DNA from: Bacteroidaceae bacterium
GTDB lineage: Bacteria > Bacteroidota > Bacteroidia > Bacteroidales > Bacteroidaceae
Reading direction: 5' to 3'
Assembly (NCBI GenBank): GCA_017933995.1
Contig: JAGBKI010000022.1
Coordinates: 1,746-65,745 of the forward strand
DNA length: 64,000 nucleotides
Shown: positions 20,408 through 31,110 of the stretch, piece by piece
How the letters are laid out: each line of letters opens with the position of its first letter
Numbering within the stretch: position 1 is the stretch's first letter
The notes under the pieces: model-generated
The model's database searches: none
The model's input: the letters and a program-made list of their open reading frames with translations, nothing else
What the model was told of the DNA's origin: nothing
Translations under genes and position numbers: made by a program

Positions 20408-21697
20408 TTAGATTTTGTCGAGTGCCTGGGCGAGGTCGTCGATGATGTCGTCGATATGCTCCGTGCCGATGCTGAGGCGGATGGTGCTGGGGTAGATGTG
20501 CTGCTGCTCCAGTTCCTCGGGCGAAAGCTGCGAGTGGGTCGTCGTGGCGGGGTGGATGACGAGCGACTTGACATCGGCCACATTGGCCAGCAGAGAGAAT
20601 ATCTGCAAGGCGTCGATGAAACGCCAGGCTTCCTCCTGCCCGCCCTTAATCTCGAAGGTGAAGATGGAAGCGGCGCCCTGCGGGAAGAGCTTTTCGTAGA
20701 GGGCGTGGTCGGGGTGCGTGGGGAGGGCGGGGTGGCTCACACTGGCCACCTTGGGGTGGTTGTTGAGGAACTGCACGACGCGCAGGGCGTTGCTCACGTG
20801 GCGCTCCACGCGCAGGCTGAGAGTCTCCAGGCTCTGTAGCAGTATCCAGGCCGATAGCGGCGAGATGCTGGCACCCGTGTCGCGCAGCAGGACGGCGCGG
20901 ATGCGCGTCACGTAGGCCGCTGCGCCCGCCACGTCGGCGAACACTGCGCCGTGATAGCTGGGATCGGGCTTGGCGATGGAGGGGTAGCGGTCGGCGTTGG
21001 CCTTCCAGTCGAACTTGCCGCCGTCGATAATGACGCCACCCAGCGTCGAACCGTGGCCGCCAATGAACTTCGTGGCGCTTTCCACCACGACATCGGCGCC
21101 GTGTTCCAGCGGGCGGAAGATGTAGGGTGTGGCGAAAGTGTTGTCGACGATGACGATGACGCCGTGGGCGTGGGCGATGGCGGCGATACGGTCCACGTCG
21201 GTGACGCTGCTGTTGGGGTTGCCGAAAGTCTCGATAACAACGGCCTTGGTGTTGTCGCGGAAGGCGCGCTCCACAGCGTCGAAGTCAGCGGGATCTACGA
21301 TGGTGGTCTCTACGCCCTGCGTCGTGAGCGTGTGCTCGATGAGGTTGTAGGTGCCGCCGTAGAGGTTGTTGGCGGCGATGATGTGGTCGCCTTGGCGGGC
21401 GATGTTTTGTATGGCGTAGGTCACGGCTGCCGCGCCGCTGGCCAATGCCAGGGCTGCCACGCCGCCCTCAAGGGCAGCGATGCGTTCCTCGAAGACGCCC
21501 TGCGTCGTGTTGGTCAGGCGCCCGTAGATGTTTCCCGGGTCACGCAGGCCGAAGCGGTCGGCGGCGTGCTGGCTGTTATGAAACACATACGACGTGGTCT
21601 GATAGATGGGCACGGCGCGGCTGTCGGTCACGGGGTCGGCCTGCTCCTGCCCCACGTGGAGCTGAAGCGTCTCGAAGCGGAGTTTCTTTTCTGACAT
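20408..21697 (-). CDS. metY: O-acetylhomoserine aminocarboxypropyltransferase
   Basis: AVPIYQTTSY, IVDNTFATP, SATKFIGGHG (PLP lysine) and LANVADVKSLVIHPA motifs. Confidence 0.93.
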   Translation of the reverse strand: MSEKKLRFETLQLHVGQEQADPVTDSRAVPIYQTTSYVFHNSQHAADRFGLRDPGNIYGRLTNTTQGVFEERIAALEGGVAALALASGAAAVTYAIQNIARQGDHIIAANNLYGGTYNLIEHTLTTQGVETTIVDPADFDAVERAFRDNTKAVVIETFGNPNSSVTDVDRIAAIAHAHGVIVIVDNTFATPYIFRPLEHGADVVVESATKFIGGHGSTLGGVIIDGGKFDWKANADRYPSIAKPDPSYHGAVFADVAGAAAYVTRIRAVLLRDTGASISPLSAWILLQSLETLSLRVERHVSNALRVVQFLNNHPKVASVSHPALPTHPDHALYEKLFPQGAASIFTFEIKGGQEEAWRFIDALQIFSLLANVADVKSLVIHPATTTHSQLSPEELEQQHIYPSTIRLSIGTEHIDDIIDDLAQALDKI

Positions 21698-21855
21698 AAC
21701 GGTTTAGTGTGTGTATTGGTTTTCGGGTGCAAAAGTAGGCGAAGCACGAAGAAGCCAACAAACTTTTGCAAAAACTCGGAAACAAATTCTTTAACATACC
21801 TGCGCAAAAGAAAAATTGCGTACTTTTGCAGCATAAAATCCTTGCTTTGTAGAAT

Positions 21856-22323
21856 ATGCAGACCGACCGCATCGACAAGACCGACCTTGAAATCCTGCGC
21901 ACCGTGCAGCAGAACGGGCGGCTCACCATCAAGGAACTCGCAGTCCGCGTGAACCTCAGCACCACCCCCGTATTCGAACGCCTGAAGCGCCTGGAGGCCA
22001 GCGGCTACATACAGAAGTACGTCGCCGTGCTCAACGCCGAAAAACTGGGACGCGGCTTCGTCGTCTTTTGCCAGGTGAAGCTGCGACGCATGAATGGCGA
22101 CATAGCCCGCGACTTCGTGCGCCGCGTGCAGGAGATACCCGAGGTCGTCGAGTGCTACAACATCAGCGGCAACTACGACTACCTGCTCAAAATCCATGCG
22201 CCCGACATGCGGGCCTACCAGTCGTTCCTCATCAACACGCTGGGCACCGTCGAGAGCCTCGGCTCCGTGGAGAGTACCTTCGTGATGGCCGAGGTGAAGC
22301 ACGACCACGGCATCAGCATCTGA
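21856..22323 (+). CDS. Lrp/AsnC family transcriptional regulator
   Basis: IDKTDLEIL..RLKRLE..GYI HTH and EVVECYNISG; divergent from metY, with -7 motifs at 21730-21737 (-) and 21821-21828 (+). Confidence 0.93.
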   Translation: MQTDRIDKTDLEILRTVQQNGRLTIKELAVRVNLSTTPVFERLKRLEASGYIQKYVAVLNAEKLGRGFVVFCQVKLRRMNGDIARDFVRRVQEIPEVVECYNISGNYDYLLKIHAPDMRAYQSFLINTLGTVESLGSVESTFVMAEVKHDHGISI

Positions 22324-22344
22324 TGCACACACCTGCATACACAT

Positions 22345-22384
22345 CAAGCCGCCGGAGCGAGAATTCCATCGTTCCGGCGGCTTG
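22345..22384. terminator. Hairpin between convergent genes
   Basis: caagccgccgga..tccggcggcttg stem. Confidence 0.6.
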
Positions 22385-22399
22385 TACCTAGCCTGCGTA

Positions 22400-23014
22400 C
22401 TACGGCAGTGTTTTGAAGTTGTAGCCCTCGGCGAGTAGGAACTCGATGGCGCGGGGCAGGGCGTAGAGGAGTTTGTCGTGGCTTTTGAGGGAGTCGTGGA
22501 AGGTGATGATGCTGCCCGGCCGTGCCAGGCGTCGCACGATGCGCAGGACGTCGCGCCCGTTGAGGCGGCGTGAGTAGTCGCGCGTCACGAGGTCCCACAT
22601 CACAATTTTGTAGCCCGCGCGCCGCACGCCCCGGTACTGCCACGTCTTCATCCAGCCGTGGGGCGGGCGGAAGAGGTCGGAGCCGATGAGGCGGTTGGCC
22701 TCCTCGACGTCGCGCAGGTAGCCTTTCACGCCGTGGCGCAACCCGCCGATGTGGTGGAAGGTGTGGTTGCCCAGCCGGTGGCCGGCGGCCTTTACCTGCT
22801 CGAAGACGTCGGGGTGCTTGCGCACGTTGTCGCCCACCATAAAGAAGGTGGCTTTGACGCCGTACTTGTCGAGCACCTCAAGCACCCACGGCGTGACCTC
22901 GGGTATGGGGCCGTCGTCGAACGTGAGGTACACGCTTTGGTCGTACCTGTCCATGCGCCACAGGGCGTGCGGGTAGACCCAGCGCAGGTAGGGGGCGGGC
23001 TGTTCGATGAACAC
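22400..23014 (-). CDS. Polysaccharide deacetylase (CE4)
   Basis: TFDDGP, GNHTFHH, FRPPHG and ITFHD motifs; GTG start. Confidence 0.92.
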   Translation of the reverse strand: MFIEQPAPYLRWVYPHALWRMDRYDQSVYLTFDDGPIPEVTPWVLEVLDKYGVKATFFMVGDNVRKHPDVFEQVKAAGHRLGNHTFHHIGGLRHGVKGYLRDVEEANRLIGSDLFRPPHGWMKTWQYRGVRRAGYKIVMWDLVTRDYSRRLNGRDVLRIVRRLARPGSIITFHDSLKSHDKLLYALPRAIEFLLAEGYNFKTLP

Positions 23015-23132
23015 TTTAAGTTAATTAGTTAATCAGTTGATCAGTTGGTTGCAGAGCAAAGCGACAAAGCAAAGCGGCAAAGCAAAGCGAAAAGTGGAGT
23101 TGCCGGATGTGGCAACTCCACTCTAATTACTG

Positions 23133-26100
23133 TTAATTAAGGAACGGCATCGCCGCTGAGCCTTGCTGCTCCTCCTGGCGCATACGCTGCTGGATGATGG
23201 AGAGACCAGCCTGGCCGGCGGTGGATTGGTAAGTTTGGTTGAAGCGGGTGTTGAGCTGGTTGTAGAGTTGGGGCGAGCTTTCCTGCAAGCCTTCGAGGGC
23301 CATGTTGGCTATCTGCAGCTCGCGGTAGCAGTTCTCGGCCTGCATGTCGTAGAGGTAGTCGGCACTGAAGGAATTGTACCAGTCAAGTTTGGCCATGGCC
23401 TGGCGGGCTATGCCGGCGTAGATTTCGGTGGCTTCCTTCTTGCGTCCCACGTGGAGCCAGTTGTCGGCCAAGTCGAGGTCGGAGAAGTCGACGGGGATGG
23501 TGGTGAAGGGCAGTTCCTTGGCGGCTTTTTCAAGCACCTTGGTGGCACGGACGGTGTCGCCCTTGGCGATGAGCGAGGAGGCGAGCAGCGAGAGCATGTG
23601 GCGGTGGGTGCGGCACATGCGCATGTTGGTCTCGTCGAGGTAGATGCCGGACCACGAGACGTTGCCGTAGCGGAAGCGATTCACCATGTTATCATACATC
23701 TTGTCGACGTCGACGCCCTGGTTCCATTCGAAGGGCGTGATGCGGTAGGCCAGTCCCTCAAGGGCGAGGTAGCGCTGCAGGTTGGCGAAGTTGCCCTGGC
23801 CGAGGGTGACGCTCATGTAGATGGGGCGTTTCCAGTCGTTGCGCGCCAGCATTTCGTAGACCATCATCTGGCTCTTGGTGATGCCGCGCTGTCCGGCCCA
23901 GGAGATGGTGATGTAGTCGGGTATGCTGTCCTTTCCGCCGGGCAGGGTCATGCCGCTGGCGATGACGTTGGCCTTGTTGACGGGCACGACGACGCTGTCG
24001 GTGGGGATGATGATGCGCCCGTCGCGCTCCCTGATTTTGCCGGGGCGGACGTAGTTGTCGATGATGTACTTGAGGCTGTAGGGGTCTACGTCGGGGTTCT
24101 TCTCCTTGATGGCGTCGAGTTCGGTGTGGAGTTCGGGCTTGATGTAGAAGTAGTCGTAGCCCATGTTGTCGACGTACTGGTAGGGCTGCCAGGCAATGGG
24201 CAGCGAGGGTGAGTCGTAGGCCGGACGTATCATCTGGTCGGTGTACCAGGAGGTCTGCAGGTAGGAGAGGTTGCAGACGCGTGCGTCGGTGCGGTAGCCC
24301 TCGACCTCCTGTGCGTACCAGAGGGGGAAGGTGTCGTTGTCGCCGTTGGTGTAGATGATGGGGCCGTCCTTGTCGGGGAGTGTGGCGAGGTAGTTCTTGC
24401 CGAAGTCGCGGCAAGCGTAGCGCCCGCTGCGGTCGTGGTCGTCCCACGTCTGGCTGACCATCTGCAGCGGCACGAGCAGGCCAAGCACGCTGACGATGAT
24501 GGCCACGACGGTGTCCTCCTTGACGATGCGGCGCAGGCCCTCGGCCAGCGTGGCTACGCCGAGGCCGATCCAGATGGCGAAGGCGTAGAACGAACCGGCG
24601 TAGGCGTAGTCGCGCTCACGCGGCTCCTGTGGCTTCTGGTTGAGGTACAGCACGATGGCGAGGCCGGTCATGAAGAAGAGGAAGAAGACCACCCAGAACT
24701 GCTGTATGCCGCGCTTGCCCTGGTACGCTTGCCAGAAGAGGCCGAGCAGGCCGAGCAGCAGGGGCAGGCAGTAGAAGACGTTGTGTCCCTTGTTGTTCTT
24801 CAGGTCGTCGGGCAGCAGGCTCTGGTCGCCGTAGAGGGCGTTGTCGATGAACGAGATGCCCGTGATCCAGTTGCCGTGCTCTTTCTCGCCGAAGCCCTGG
24901 ATGTCGTTCTGGCGTCCGGCGAAGTTCCACATGAAGTAGCGCCAGTACATGAAGTTGATCTGGTAGGACATGAAGAAGCGCAGGTTGTCGAACTGCGAGG
25001 GCATTTCGCCGGATACGAGCTGGCCTTTATACTCGAAGGTGACGGGGTTGTAGGTGATGCCTCCGAGCCACTGTTCGTAGGCTTTCTCGTGGGCTGCGGA
25101 GTGCATGCGCGGGAAGAACATCTTGAGCGCAGAGGGGTAGACGTATCCGTCGGTGATTTCCACCTCGTCGTAGTGGTCGGGCTCGGCGGGGTTCTGCTTC
25201 TCGTGGCGCTGTATGCGTTGCTTCTGGCTCATGTCGATGGGCTGGGAGGTGAAGGCTTCGCCGTAGAGCAGCGGCGTGTCGCCGTATTGCTCGCGTCCCA
25301 GGTACTCGCCCAGCGTGAAGACGTCCTCGGGCGAATCCTGGTCCATCGGCGGGTTGGCCGTGGAGCGGATGACGATGACGGCGTAGGTGGAGTAGCCTAT
25401 CATGAGCATCAGCATACAGAGCAGCGACGTGTTGAGTACGCGCTTGCGCAGCAGGTAGTCCTTTCCGCGCTTGTATTGCAGCAGGAAGTAGAGCGCGCCG
25501 AGCAGGATGACGCCCAGCACGACTGCGCCCAGGCCGTGGCCGATGAATGGTATGCCCAGCAGGGCCACGCTCAGCGTGAAGAGCACGTTGATGAGGGTGC
25601 GGTTGGACTGCGTGGTGCTCCAAATCGCACCCAGCACGACGGCCACCAGCACGAAGATGAAGACGACCAGTCCGCTGTTGAAGCCCAGGCCCAGCGTATT
25701 GACGAAGAAGAGTTCGAACCACCCGCCCACTTTCACGATGCCCGGCACGACGCCGTACAGCACGGCGGCGATGAGCACGAAGCTCACCACGAGGGCCAGC
25801 AGCGAGCCTTTGAGGTTGGCCTGCGGGTTCTTTTTATAGTAGTATACCAGCGTGATGGCGGGCAGGCAGAGCAGGTTGAGCAGGTGGACGCCGATGCTGA
25901 GGCCGGTGAGGTAGAAGATGAGCACCAGCCAGCGGTCGCTGCCGGGCTGGTCGGCGCGCGCCTCCCACTTCAGGATGAGCCAGAAGACCAGCGCGGTGAA
26001 CATCGACGAATAGGCGTAGACCTCGCCCTCGACGGCGCTAAACCAAAACGTGTCGCTCCAGGTGTAGGCCAGCGCGCCCGTCACGCCGCAACCCATCACG

Positions 26101-26456
26101 AGGATGGTCTGCGCCAGCGTGGCGGCCTCACCCTCGCGGACGATGAGTTTGCGCGCCAGGGCGGTTATCGTCCAGAAGAGGAACAGGATGCACAGCGCGC
26201 TGAGCAGCGCTGACATAATGTTCACCATCAGGGCCACCTTGGCCGGGTCGTTCGTGAACTGCGAGAAGAGGTTGCCCGTGAGCATGAAGAAGGGTGCGCC
26301 GGGCGGGTGTCCCACTTCGAGTTTGTAGGCCGTGGAGATGAACTCGGGGCAGTCCCAGAAACTGGCCGACGGCTCCACCGTGGAGCAGTAGGTGAAGGCC
26401 GCGACGGCGAACACCACCCAGCCCAGGACGTTGTTTGCGAGGTTGTAGGGTTTCAT
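23133..26456 (-). CDS. DUF2723 multi-pass membrane protein (TMEM260-like GT-C glycosyltransferase family)
   Basis: SFWDCPEF, GHPPGAP, WFSAVEGEVY, PRERDY and NGDNDTFPLWY motifs. Confidence 0.85.
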   Translation of the reverse strand: MKPYNLANNVLGWVVFAVAAFTYCSTVEPSASFWDCPEFISTAYKLEVGHPPGAPFFMLTGNLFSQFTNDPAKVALMVNIMSALLSALCILFLFWTITALARKLIVREGEAATLAQTILVMGCGVTGALAYTWSDTFWFSAVEGEVYAYSSMFTALVFWLILKWEARADQPGSDRWLVLIFYLTGLSIGVHLLNLLCLPAITLVYYYKKNPQANLKGSLLALVVSFVLIAAVLYGVVPGIVKVGGWFELFFVNTLGLGFNSGLVVFIFVLVAVVLGAIWSTTQSNRTLINVLFTLSVALLGIPFIGHGLGAVVLGVILLGALYFLLQYKRGKDYLLRKRVLNTSLLCMLMLMIGYSTYAVIVIRSTANPPMDQDSPEDVFTLGEYLGREQYGDTPLLYGEAFTSQPIDMSQKQRIQRHEKQNPAEPDHYDEVEITDGYVYPSALKMFFPRMHSAAHEKAYEQWLGGITYNPVTFEYKGQLVSGEMPSQFDNLRFFMSYQINFMYWRYFMWNFAGRQNDIQGFGEKEHGNWITGISFIDNALYGDQSLLPDDLKNNKGHNVFYCLPLLLGLLGLFWQAYQGKRGIQQFWVVFFLFFMTGLAIVLYLNQKPQEPRERDYAYAGSFYAFAIWIGLGVATLAEGLRRIVKEDTVVAIIVSVLGLLVPLQMVSQTWDDHDRSGRYACRDFGKNYLATLPDKDGPIIYTNGDNDTFPLWYAQEVEGYRTDARVCNLSYLQTSWYTDQMIRPAYDSPSLPIAWQPYQYVDNMGYDYFYIKPELHTELDAIKEKNPDVDPYSLKYIIDNYVRPGKIRERDGRIIIPTDSVVVPVNKANVIASGMTLPGGKDSIPDYITISWAGQRGITKSQMMVYEMLARNDWKRPIYMSVTLGQGNFANLQRYLALEGLAYRITPFEWNQGVDVDKMYDNMVNRFRYGNVSWSGIYLDETNMRMCRTHRHMLSLLASSLIAKGDTVRATKVLEKAAKELPFTTIPVDFSDLDLADNWLHVGRKKEATEIYAGIARQAMAKLDWYNSFSADYLYDMQAENCYRELQIANMALEGLQESSPQLYNQLNTRFNQTYQSTAGQAGLSIIQQRMRQEEQQGSAAMPFLN

Positions 26457-26555
26457 ATCAGAAAAAAGAGAGATTTGCGTTGGGGGAGTTCTAAGGGGTT
26501 CTAGGAGTTCTAGGAGTACTAGGGGCACTAGGCGTAGCGGGTGAGGCTTTTCTCC

Positions 26556-27026
26556 TCACTTTTTCTTCTTCCGCTTCTTCGCCCTGGGTGCGTCGATGAC
26601 GGTGTTGCGCAGCAGGGTGAAGAGGAAGATGTTGAGCAGCGTGAGGAAGAGGAACAGCACGATGAAGAGCAGGATGTTCACTGCCTGGTAGCCCAGGCCG
26701 GTGGTCTCGCCCAGCCATTCGAGGTCTTTGTATGCCAGTTCGCAGGCAGCCTGCAGCGACATGTCGTAGTGCTGCCACAGTTTCATCAGCCCGAAGGCGT
26801 GTGGCAGGAAGTAGACCGCCGCCGCCCCCGTGAGGGCGAAGCGCGTGGGTGTGCGCCGACGGTAGAGCCTATATATAAGGTATAGCAGTGGGAGGGCTGC
26901 CGTGAAGGTGACGATGGCGGGTTCGGCGTAGATGAAGGCGATGCTGTTCACCTCCTCGTATGTGCGTCCCGATAGCACCGCGATGACCTCCATCACGCCG
27001 CAGCAGAATTTGAAAAGCGTGTCCAT
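26556..27026 (-). CDS. Hypothetical membrane protein
   Basis: Hydrophobic segments, two similar TYEEVN/GYQAVN motifs, basic tail; -7 motif at 27046-27053 (-). Confidence 0.7.
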   Translation of the reverse strand: MDTLFKFCCGVMEVIAVLSGRTYEEVNSIAFIYAEPAIVTFTAALPLLYLIYRLYRRRTPTRFALTGAAAVYFLPHAFGLMKLWQHYDMSLQAACELAYKDLEWLGETTGLGYQAVNILLFIVLFLFLTLLNIFLFTLLRNTVIDAPRAKKRKKKK

Positions 27027-27193
27027 TGTGGTTGGTTTCGGCGTGCAAAGATACGAAGCAAAGCCCATCCGCCGCGCCGCCGCCCACTTTTTGCGCGCTT
27101 TTTCACAAAGTTTAGGCCGAAAAGTCTACTTTTGCGAGCCAAAGGCGGCCTATCATTGACTATCAGTTGCCGCTTCCCCGTACTTAATATCAA

Positions 27194-28783
27194 ATGATCC
27201 GCAAATTCGATTTCCTTGTCATCGGCGGCGGCGTGGCCGGAATGAGCTACGCGCTGCAGGCCGCCGCGAGCGGAAAGGGCCGTGTGGCCCTCGTCTGCAA
27301 AACCTCCCTCGACGAGGCCAACACGGCCAAGGCGCAGGGCGGCATTGCCAGCGTCACCAACCTCAAGGTGGACGACTTCGAGAAGCACATCGAGGACACC
27401 CTCGTGGCGGGCGACTACATCAGCGATCCCGCCGCCGTGCGCCAGGTGGTGGAGAACGCCCCCGAGGGCATACGCCGACTCGTGGCCTGGGGCGTGAACT
27501 TCGACAAGAACGCCGACGGGCAGTTCGACCTCCACCGCGAGGGCGGACACTCCGAGTTCCGTATCCTGCACCACGCCGACGACACGGGCTTCGAGATTCA
27601 GCGCGGGCTGATGGAGGCTGTTCGCCGCGAGCGCCGCATCACCGTGCTGGAGCACCACTTCGCCGTCGAGATTATCACGCAGCACCACCTGGGGCAGGAG
27701 GTGACGCGCCGTACGCCCGACATCGAGTGCTACGGCGCCTACGTCCTCGACCCCGACACGAAGAAGGTCGACACCATCCTCTCGCGCGTCACCGTGCTGG
27801 CCACGGGCGGCGTCGGCGCGGTCTACGCCTCGACCACCAACCCCGACATCGCCACCGGCGACGGCATCGCCATGGCCTACCGCGCCAAGGCCACCGTGCA
27901 GGACATGGAGTTCGTGCAGTTCCACCCCACGGCCCTCTACAACCCCGCCGAGAAGCACCCCGCCTACCTCATCACCGAGGCCATGCGCGGCTACGGCGGC
28001 ATTCTGCGCCTGCCCAGCGGCGAGGAGTTCATGCAGAAGTACGACAAGCGGCTGTCGCTCGCCCCGCGCGACATCGTGGCGCGCGCCATCGACCGCGAGA
28101 TGAAGATACACGGCCTCGACCACGTGTGCCTCGACGTCACCCACAAGGACGCCGACGAGACGCGCCGCCACTTCCCCAACATCTACAAGAAGTGCCTCAG
28201 CATAGGCATCGACATCACGCGCGACTACATCCCCGTCGTGCCCTGCCAGCACTACTTCTGCGGCGGTGTCAAGGTCGACCTCGACGGGCAGTCCAGCATA
28301 CGCCGCCTCTACGCCCTGGGCGAGTGCAGCCGCACCGGGCTGCACGGCGGCAACCGCCTGGCCTCCAACTCGCTCATCGAGGCCGTGGTCTACGCCGACA
28401 AGGCCGCCGCCCACAGCGTGGCGAACATTGACCGCTACAGCTTCAACGAGGCCATTCCCGAGTGGAACGACGAGGGCACGATGACCAACGAGGAGAAGGT
28501 GCTCATCGCGCAGGACGTCAAGGAGGTGGGGCAGATTATGTCGAGCTACGTGGGCATTGTGCGCAGCAACCTGCGCCTGCACCGCGCCTGGACGCGCCTC
28601 GACCTGCTCTACGAGGAGACCGAGGAACTCTTCAAGCGCGTCAAGGCCACGCGCGACATCTGCGAGCTGCGCAACATGATTAACGTGGGCTACCTCATCA
28701 CGCGGCAGGCCCTGGAGCGGCACGAGAGCCGCGGCCTCCACTACACCCTCGACTACCCGCGCCACGCGCTCGACCAGAAGTAA
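27194..28783 (+). CDS. nadB: L-aspartate oxidase
   Basis: GGGVAG FAD motif, AQGGIA, REGGHS, EFVQFHPT and GLHGGNRLASNSL. Confidence 0.96.
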   Translation: MIRKFDFLVIGGGVAGMSYALQAAASGKGRVALVCKTSLDEANTAKAQGGIASVTNLKVDDFEKHIEDTLVAGDYISDPAAVRQVVENAPEGIRRLVAWGVNFDKNADGQFDLHREGGHSEFRILHHADDTGFEIQRGLMEAVRRERRITVLEHHFAVEIITQHHLGQEVTRRTPDIECYGAYVLDPDTKKVDTILSRVTVLATGGVGAVYASTTNPDIATGDGIAMAYRAKATVQDMEFVQFHPTALYNPAEKHPAYLITEAMRGYGGILRLPSGEEFMQKYDKRLSLAPRDIVARAIDREMKIHGLDHVCLDVTHKDADETRRHFPNIYKKCLSIGIDITRDYIPVVPCQHYFCGGVKVDLDGQSSIRRLYALGECSRTGLHGGNRLASNSLIEAVVYADKAAAHSVANIDRYSFNEAIPEWNDEGTMTNEEKVLIAQDVKEVGQIMSSYVGIVRSNLRLHRAWTRLDLLYEETEELFKRVKATRDICELRNMINVGYLITRQALERHESRGLHYTLDYPRHALDQK

Positions 28784-28800
28784 TATCAGAGCAGGCTGCA

Positions 28801-28856
28801 AAACAAGGACAGCGAAAGCATTTTCTCCCGAAACTCTTTCGCTGTCCTTGTTTTTT
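28801..28856 (+). terminator. Intrinsic terminator after nadB
   Basis: aaacaaggacagcgaaag / ctttcgctgtccttgttt stem plus T run. Confidence 0.7.
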
Positions 28857-28910
28857 CTTACTTTTGCCCTGCAAAAACCTTTTATATCACCCCAAAAAAC
28901 ACACAGAACT

Positions 28911-29495
28911 ATGATTGCGAACTTCAAAAACGTGCTCCTCAACCACTACGCCGACTTCAGCGGACGCGCACGCCGCCGTGAGTTTTGGCTATTCGTTTTG
29001 GCCAACTTCATCATTGGCTTTGTATTGAATGCTATTCAGTGGGCTGATGGCTACGGCGCCTACATGAGTTACACCCTCAACAGCGCGGTGTCTGGCAGTT
29101 ACGGCACGGCGGGACTCTTCTCTTTCCTTGGCTTAGCTGGTAAGGTGGCTTATGCAGCCAGCATCGTCTACGGACTGGCCACCATCGTTCCAACCCTTGC
29201 GCTCAACGTGCGCCGCCTGCACGACATCGGCAAAAGCGGCCACCTGCTGTGGCTGTGGTTGTTGCTATTCGTGCCATTGCTCAATTTACTTGCCCTTATC
29301 GTGCTGGGGATTCTGTTCATCGTGTGGTACTGCACGGATAGCCAGCCGGGCGACAACCAATACGGTCCCAACCCGAAGGGCGTTGGCGATTACGGAAATT
29401 CGCACGATGATGCCCCCTTTGCTCAGCCGCAGGAATGGACGCAAGAACCGCAAGTCCAAACGCCCCCCACACCGCTTGATTATCCACAACCCTAA
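28911..29495 (+). CDS. DUF805 (YhaH-like) inner membrane protein
   Basis: YADFSGRARRREFW, VRRLHDIGKSG and SQPGDNQYGPNP motifs. Confidence 0.9.
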   Translation: MIANFKNVLLNHYADFSGRARRREFWLFVLANFIIGFVLNAIQWADGYGAYMSYTLNSAVSGSYGTAGLFSFLGLAGKVAYAASIVYGLATIVPTLALNVRRLHDIGKSGHLLWLWLLLFVPLLNLLALIVLGILFIVWYCTDSQPGDNQYGPNPKGVGDYGNSHDDAPFAQPQEWTQEPQVQTPPTPLDYPQP

Positions 29496-29513
29496 AGCTA
29501 AATCCAGAACAAA

Positions 29514-30011
29514 ATGAAAACTACCTTTCTCGGCAGCCCTGTAGGACTGCTCGGCGAACTTCCCAAGGTGGGTGACGTCGCCCCTGACTTTGAGATGGTA
29601 AAAGGCGACCTCGGGACGGCCCGCCTCAGCGACTTCCGTGGCAAGCGCGTTGTGCTCAACGTCTTTCCCAGCATGGACACCGATGTTTGCGCCGCCAGTG
29701 TGCGCCGTTTCAACAAGGAGGCCGCCGCACTTGAGAATACTATAGTACTCTGCATCAGCAAGGATCTGCCCTTCGCTCAGAGCCGCTTCTGCACTGCCAA
29801 CGGCATAGAAAACGTAATGCCCCTCAGTGCTTTCCGCTGCGAGGAGTTCGACACTACATACGGCCTGCGTATCACCACCCCGCCAATGAATGGCTTACTC
29901 GCTCGCGCCGTTGTGGTGGTAGACGAGCAGGGCATAGTGCGCTATACTGAACTCGTACCCGAAATCACCCACGAACCCGATTACGCCGCTGCACTTGGCG
30001 CGCTACGATAA
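29514..30011 (+). CDS. tpx: Thiol peroxidase
   Basis: FPSMDTDVC and [13 protein letters not shown] motifs. Confidence 0.94.
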   Translation: MKTTFLGSPVGLLGELPKVGDVAPDFEMVKGDLGTARLSDFRGKRVVLNVFPSMDTDVCAASVRRFNKEAAALENTIVLCISKDLPFAQSRFCTANGIENVMPLSAFRCEEFDTTYGLRITTPPMNGLLARAVVVVDEQGIVRYTELVPEITHEPDYAAALGALR

Positions 30012-30387
30012 CCTTTACCACGCGACCTGACCGCATTTGCATATGGCTTGCTTGCCACAGCTGCCATACGTAAATGCGGTTTCTTATTTTCATTTACGCT
30101 CAAAGCGAAATCGCAAGAACATGGCCAGGGATGAAAAACCCGCGTGCCAATAACACAACGCGCACGCCGATTATTCCTAAACTTAAACGAAAACTCCCGT
30201 TTGCGGATAAAACGTTCAACGAAGGTGCGACAATTTGGCACATACGCCATTCTTTCACATGCGGCTGTTTGGACAAGCCGAGAAAAACGCCGTAATTTTG
30301 CACTTCCGATGCGCCAATCCCACCCTTGTATGTGTGGGCGGCTACGACAAACCCCTATGTAGACAAGAATATCGAAGTGACAAAAAA

Positions 30388-31017
30388 ATGATGCCCAGCA
30401 CATTTCTTCACACAGAACTTCTTTTCGCCTCCCCCACAACAGCCATTAACATAGCCCTTGCGGTATCCCTTTGTGTACTTACTCCATACGCTCTGCGCCA
30501 ACGCAAGCGCGCACGCCGTATGAGTAAACGTCTGGAACTCAGCAGCGAGCGGGCGGAATACTATAAGCAACGCTACCGTTTATTGACGGACAGCGGGCGG
30601 TACAAGAACAAACAAGCACTTCCAGAAGAGACCTCCCACCTTGCGATGCTCGATGACGAGGCACTCTTTAAGCAAGTAGATTCACTTGTACGCAACGAAC
30701 AGCTATACTTGTGCAGCAGTTTCCAGCGCAAGACGCTCATAGACCGCACTGGCCTGCCCAAAGAACGTCTCGGGAGTATCTTCAAGCAATACAGCGGATA
30801 TGATAATCTGCCTGCTTATGTCACTGCTCTGCGCTTGGAACACAGTTGCCTGATGCTGCGCGAGGAGCCTTCGCTCACTGTGCGCGACGTGGCCGAAGCG
30901 AGCGGTTTCGGCGACACGCGCTATTTTCTTCGTTTGTTCCGCGAACAGTTCGGCATGACCCCATCCCAATACCGATGTAAGCACAAAGCGTCGCCAAACG
31001 CTACCTTCCAAGTGTAA
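30388..31017 (+). CDS. AraC-family HTH protein with one N-terminal TM segment
   Basis: VRDVAEASGF..YFLRLFREQFGMTPSQYR; the start is uncertain. Confidence 0.8.
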   Translation: MMPSTFLHTELLFASPTTAINIALAVSLCVLTPYALRQRKRARRMSKRLELSSERAEYYKQRYRLLTDSGRYKNKQALPEETSHLAMLDDEALFKQVDSLVRNEQLYLCSSFQRKTLIDRTGLPKERLGSIFKQYSGYDNLPAYVTALRLEHSCLMLREEPSLTVRDVAEASGFGDTRYFLRLFREQFGMTPSQYRCKHKASPNATFQV

Positions 31018-31110
31018 ACTTGTCAGCAATGCGGGTGTAAAAGCGTCTTGCCACTTACGCAGACAGTATTCCCACATTACTTTTGCACGCAGAAACAAGA
31101 ACGAAATGCA

